Under the pieces are notes generated by a model that saw nothing but the letters and a program-made list of their open reading frames with translations, was not told the origin of the DNA and did not search any database. A program made the position numbers and the translations under genes. Shown here piece after piece: positions 58,901-64,000 of a stretch of 64,000 bases of DNA; position 1 is the stretch's first letter; every line of letters begins with the position of its first letter. Source of the stretch: Lophium mytilinum (lineage: Eukaryota); contig MU004184.1 of NCBI GenBank assembly GCA_010093605.1, positions 1,498,801 through 1,562,800 on the forward strand, written 5' to 3'.

Positions 58901-61169
58901 CGCTCAATCTAGCGCAGCTTTCGACGACACCAAAGCGGCTACCGAGAGCACGGACGGGAGTGATGCATCAACAGTCGTAGCAGTTGCTAAGTACAAGGAC
59001 AGTGGGGCGAATGACACGAACGAAGAAGCAACATATTCGCAAATATCTCCAGATGTCGTCGAAGAAGCGGCGGAGCAAGTACCCGAGAGCACAACCCAGA
59101 CGCCAGCAAGCCTGCCTGTGGCTCCTCCCAGTGTCAGTATATCTCAAGAGCAAGGGTCAGAACCTTGCACTGTTGTATCCAGCGACGTTGATCAGTTTGT
59201 CGAGACCCCGAGCATCGGGGAAGAAACCACGGAGCCAACTTCTGAGGAGAGCGCAAATGATCAGAGAAAAGAGGTTGGGCCTTCTGACATAAATGTTGGG
59301 ACTGCAAACCAGAGCAGGCTTCTTATTCCCGATGACAATACCGGACCGCAAACTCCAAATGACTTCAGGACTGCACCCCAGACCCCAATGGAAGCATTCC
59401 ACCGTCCTGCAAGCCCCGAAACTGCAGTCCCCTCGAAGGAGGATTTAGTTTCCGATGACGAAGAGCAGAAGCACGACAGTAGCTTTGTTTCTGCTAAAGA
59501 GTCTCAGTCTGATGGCGAGCCTGAGGCCCAACGCGGCCAGGTGCAGACGGACGACCAAGCCTCAACGCTGGATAACGTTGAAGCAAGAACCTCGCATGAG
59601 CTCGAAGGGGAGGCGACTGCTTCTAAATTGGAAGAGCAACCGACGTGCCGAAACCGCTCTGTGGAGGCTCATCCGGCGACCGAAGAATCAGCTGCGTCTT
59701 CCAAGCCACCAGCTCGGACTGAGTCTCTACATCCCTTCGCGAAGGTGAACAAACGCAAGGAGAACTCGAAGAAGAAGACTACCAAAAAGAAAGGTAAAGG
59801 CAAAGAAGCTCAGCAGCCTAAGGCCAAGGGCGTGGAAACCTCGAGGCTTAGCGATACTGCAAACTCAGAGCCCACGCTTGAGAAGACTGAGGCTGTGCCC
59901 GAGGACAACACGAAACCCTCCACGACCACCAAAGCAAAAGAACACAATCGGTCAGATTCTCAGAATCAGAGTACGACCGAGGGCTCCTCTAGTGCGGATG
60001 CAGTGGAGGACATAGATGACCAAACTCAGGAGGCAGTCATAACCAAGACTCCAGCCCCGGAGTCACCCTCTAAAGTTGGTATTGAGCCTGCCCCTTCCCC
60101 GACAAATCTTTCGATCCCACCAGCGAGTAGCTCACCCTTCCAGCAAAAGGCAACGAAGGCAAGCGGCGCTGTACTGTCCTATGAGCCCGTGCTTCCCGCA
60201 GCGACCGCAATCCTACAAGGTCTGGACCGGGAGATGACGGAAGCAGAAAAAGTCAAAGAGAAGAAGCGTCGAGCTATTGCAGCAAAAGTTGCTATTCCCA
60301 ATCTGAATCTGGTTTTAGTTGCCCGGAGGCCACAATCTACGGGAAAGAGCGTTACCCCGGAGCCTCATTCGCCGGTGCGCCAGAATGCTAGGCGTGACTC
60401 GGTGTTGCCTCGTGTGGAGGAGGTTAAGCACGTAGCAGCAACCAAGGAAACGAGTACCTCCGAGAATGTGCTTGAAGGAGCTGTGTCGGAAATGTTAACG
60501 GATATTAAGGAGAGCAAGACCCTGGACGAGTCGGCCACCTCAGCGAAGCCATCTGCCCTCAATATCGTGGCTCCCGAATCCTCCGAAGTAGAGTCTTCCA
60601 AAAAGCAAACACAGGCGGGTTTGACAACGGAAGTTCCGACTGAAGACACTGCAGCTGTAAGCAAAAACCAACCGCCAAAGGGGAAGAAGTCTAAGAAAAA
60701 GAAGAAAAAGACGGAGAAGAACCTCAGCCTGTCGACTGTCACTTCGCAGAACGACACAGCGCCCACAACCGACCCTCCAGTCGAAACAGGCGGGGAGTTC
60801 AGTGAACAGTTCAAGGAAATCGCAGAGGTCTTAGCCAGTCGTAAGTCACTCCCCTCATACTATAGCAGGGAGCATATCGATCATTCAACGGGAAGGCGTA
60901 TCTCAATATCCTCAGCAGCGCAACCGGCTGGAATAGGCGAGACTTCCCCGTTCCGCGCCGACCAGCAGCTTTACCCGTCTCAAGTCAGTTTGACCGCAGA
61001 ACAACTCGAGGAAATCCAGAGATCTGGCGACGTCGACCATCCGCCGTCGTCGGTAATTGGGGAGCTGTACAATTTGCACAGCAACAAAACGGAGAATGAA
61101 GGTGCCTCTGCATCTCGTGATCCGCAAGACGGAAGCAAAGCGTCGGGGAAGAAACCCAAGGGCGGATGA
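55933..61169 (+). CDS. Very large (~1700 aa) largely disordered protein with one RRM; introns 56624-56695 (in-frame) and 58176-58231
   Basis: ORFs 55933-58179 and 58212-61169 join via gtaagt..ctaac..cag to give RNP2-like QVWVHGF and RNP1-like NYAYVHF..DAEKALSLNAKIYENRPLYIK. Poly-Lys NLS-like tracts are present. Confidence 0.8.
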
Positions 61170-63478
61170 GATTGAGCGGGAGACCACTTGACATTCAAAA
61201 GGTACGCAGCTCTCTACCGCTTCTTCACTCATTCGACGTTCATGGAAACTAACCCAATATCAGTTTTGCGATCATGAAGCACCTCGAGCCTTCGACCTGA
61301 TGTTCTCACGTACTACCGACGCCCGTACAATCGCTCGTACCCGCAATCTGTTACTCAACGCGACTGATGAACGAACTGGCTTTGCTAGACCACCGCCATA
61401 GCGCTAACAGAATCCTGACTGACTGATGTGTACGGATTGATGGAACGCGAGAGGAGATCCGGTACAACTGGGTACGGCTAGCGAGAGTGACACCTACGTG
61501 GCGGCGGACGTGTCCTTGGTTTGTTGATTTTGATTTTGCTTTCTGCCTTTATGGCGGTGTGGCGGCTTTCTTTCTTGGTTTTAATGCATGAGCGGTAGTC
61601 CTGAGTTTGCATCTGGGGGTCTAGTCGACGTGGGAGGGCTAGAGTAATGGAATTTGTTGAGTTGATAAGCTTGTGGTTTGCATTTCGTGATGGTGATGTG
61701 AGATGCTGTCTCCCGAGTGGAGGATATACCTAGTACTTGCTGATCCTGACGCCGCTTGGAGTGCTTTGAGCTCTTGAAATGTATACTTGCCTGATAGGTC
61801 ACTGTAAACCTTGAGCGCTAGTATATGGGTGTACAAAGACTAGGTGAGAGACCCTTTGCTCCACGTTTGCATCAATATATCGAATCACTACAAGCAGCGG
61901 AATACTGGGCAATGGGATCAGTTGGAACAGCAGCCGGTTGATATGCTGGAGATGTTATGCCGGGCACGAAGAGGCATATGCTTCGTCTTAGAGAGGAAGC
62001 AGGGAAGAGGTGGAATTAGCGAAAGGAGGCATTTGGGTAGAGCGTCAGCAGAGCCACTTTTGAGTTGAAAACACTTTTGGCAATGACAAGACATGAACCA
62101 TCCTCTTGCATTACTAACAAGGGCTTGCTCGTCTGAAAGCGGGATGTAAAAGTGGAGTTCCGCATTTATTTCAATGTGCACAAAGTCCTCTCGTCGAGTT
62201 TGGAAGCGGTATCAGCAAGACGGTAACTGCATGTTTTAATGGAGGATTGATTGGGCCAATTTAATATAGGTGAGATTGAATCAAGGGTGCATGGACCGGG
62301 AATCAAACATTGTTTGCCTAGATGATTCACTGTTTGAGATGAAACAAGAAAGATGATATTAAGCGTTGAGAGAAACCTTATATTATACTATGAATATCCC
62401 AGGAGAATGGGGGGTCGAAGATGCTCTTCCATGCCTACCTAGTGCATAGCTATTGGATACAGAACGAGCGTTCTCGAAGCTAGATGGAGACAACAGAAAT
62501 GACCTTCAAAATATCCACTTGTTCCTCGCTGCTGACTTGAAGATGTCTCTTCCAGATAGCATGCAGGTAGGAACTGCTCGGATGTGCATCCTCCACTTCA
62601 ACCACATGGCCTGCGTGGTTTTGCTCGAGCTAAATACGGTTAAACTTACTATCTCTTCGGAGTAATTCTATATACTAGCTCGTCCGCTAAGTGGATAGGT
62701 TTTAACGTTCTCGATATCGCTGCGGCCGCTACGAAGACCCCTTTCACCGATAAATCCCCGTGTGTTGACTCGATTTAACGCTCGTATCTAACTCGCTAAA
62801 TCGTGATCGAGTCATGATGATTAAACGGTAAGGCAGAAGATCACAGCACCACACAACCCTCCTGATCCGCTGGTGAATCACTCTAATGGCTACGCAATGA
62901 AGGAGATCAGCAGAGCGCGCAGGAAACCTCTCCAACAGCGCCATGACATGACCTCAGGGGATGTATTGCAACGAAATTCCAATTCCAGCCCACTGGCGCG
63001 CGCGCGCCAACGAGGAAAAGCGTAGCGAATCGAGTGCAGTGTGGCTCACCGGTCTTGGTCGTGAAAAAAGGCTCCTACGGCCGGAAATTATTAAGTCAGC
63101 CTGATCGACGGGAAGGGTCGGGACAGTCTGGCAACCCAGGCTTCTCCTGAGATAGCCTGATACACGGTCCTCCCCAGAACCGGAAGAGCTGTGCTACACC
63201 CACTCAGCGAGAGGGAGGGCGCATCCAAGGCTGCTTGGCAGGCCTCCACACTTTCCGCACTGCGCTTCCAGCAGTGGCGGATTTAGCAACACCACACGCT
63301 AGGATGACGCCTGATCTGCAGGATCTCGACCAGCCCTAGCGGGCGGCTTATCGGGCGCTCAGCCAAGCGGGCGCGAAGGCAGTGACAGGATGCCGCGTTG
63401 GGGAGGGATGGACACAGCTCCGGGGAGTGATTGGCACGATCCGCCGCGATCGTCACAAGAGAGTTTGAGATGCTGGCT

Positions 63479-63582
63479 GCATCTCTCCCACGGCGAAGCC
63501 TTGCGCAGTTGTTGCACCGGCCGCCGATGACCGTCACGATGCGGACGCAGGTACCGCTCAAGGAGTCGCAGCTGTGGCAGCA
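63479..63582 (-). pseudogene. Frameshifted Zn2Cys6-like cysteine cluster in a decayed GC-rich region
   Basis: CHSC-DSLSGT-C-VRIVTVIGGR-CNNC-ARLRRG in frame. The sixth Cys (ERCS) lies in the adjacent frame, and there is a stop a few codons upstream. Confidence 0.4.
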
Positions 63583-64000
63583 CGCCAAAGAGAGAGGCGC
63601 CAGAGCTACGCCAAGTAGCCTCTACCCGCGCCTACACCTGCAGCAGCCCACTGAGCCAAATGTATCAGCTGCCTGGCCGCCTTTCTGTGCGGTCTGCCGA
63701 AAAGGAGCAGTTCGTCGAGTCTAGAAATGAAACCCGGCGAAGCAGCGCGGGCCTGGTAAGTCCCGCGGCTGAGGTGGAACAGAGTGGGAGCGTCTTCAAG
63801 CTCTGCACCCAAGCGCGGAAACGGGCAGCGCCTCTCTTGCGCCAGCTGAGGCACACAGCACTCAGGCCCCTGGCGGCGGAAAGATGTGCCGGGCTGGACG
63901 AGCCAGTAACGCCTCGACGGCAGCCAAAAAAGCCCAAACGTGCTTGCTGCACGATGGCCTCCCCCAGCACAGCAGGGTTTGGCGAGGGGGGAACCCCTTG

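Overview
This is eukaryotic, intron-rich filamentous-ascomycete DNA (GT..AG introns of about 50-110 nt with CTRAC/CTAAC branch points). Gene content suggests a Dothideomycete, which is inference. It carries about 20 protein-coding genes: CRY-DASH cryptochrome, Chs4/Skt5 chitin-synthase activator, CBP4, a dienelactone hydrolase, an unknown membrane protein, a class-3 lipase, an orphan RING protein, a DUF3602 protein, a GPI-CFEM protein, RCY1, a DEK-C/SWIB protein, an AtuA/DUF1446-DUF4387 fusion next to a Zn2Cys6 regulator, SUB2/UAP56 head-to-head with RPR2, a glycine-zipper protein, a small orphan, a PIR cell-wall protein, a HET-domain protein, an FMP46-like protein and a very large RRM protein. 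No rRNA, intact tRNA, CRISPR array or intact transposase was seen. The most striking unexplained signal is the 455-nt first intron of SUB2, which folds into a nested multi-stem structure clamping its two ends together. Other leads are a 133-bp near-perfect inverted repeat beside a (CTA)13 tract with SINE-like upstream motifs, recurring C-rich to G-rich skew-switch islands, an apparently in-frame 498-nt retained intron, a decayed ~180-bp tandem repeat and a frameshifted Zn2Cys6-like relic. All exon boundaries and family assignments were made by eye from motifs, with no database searches.
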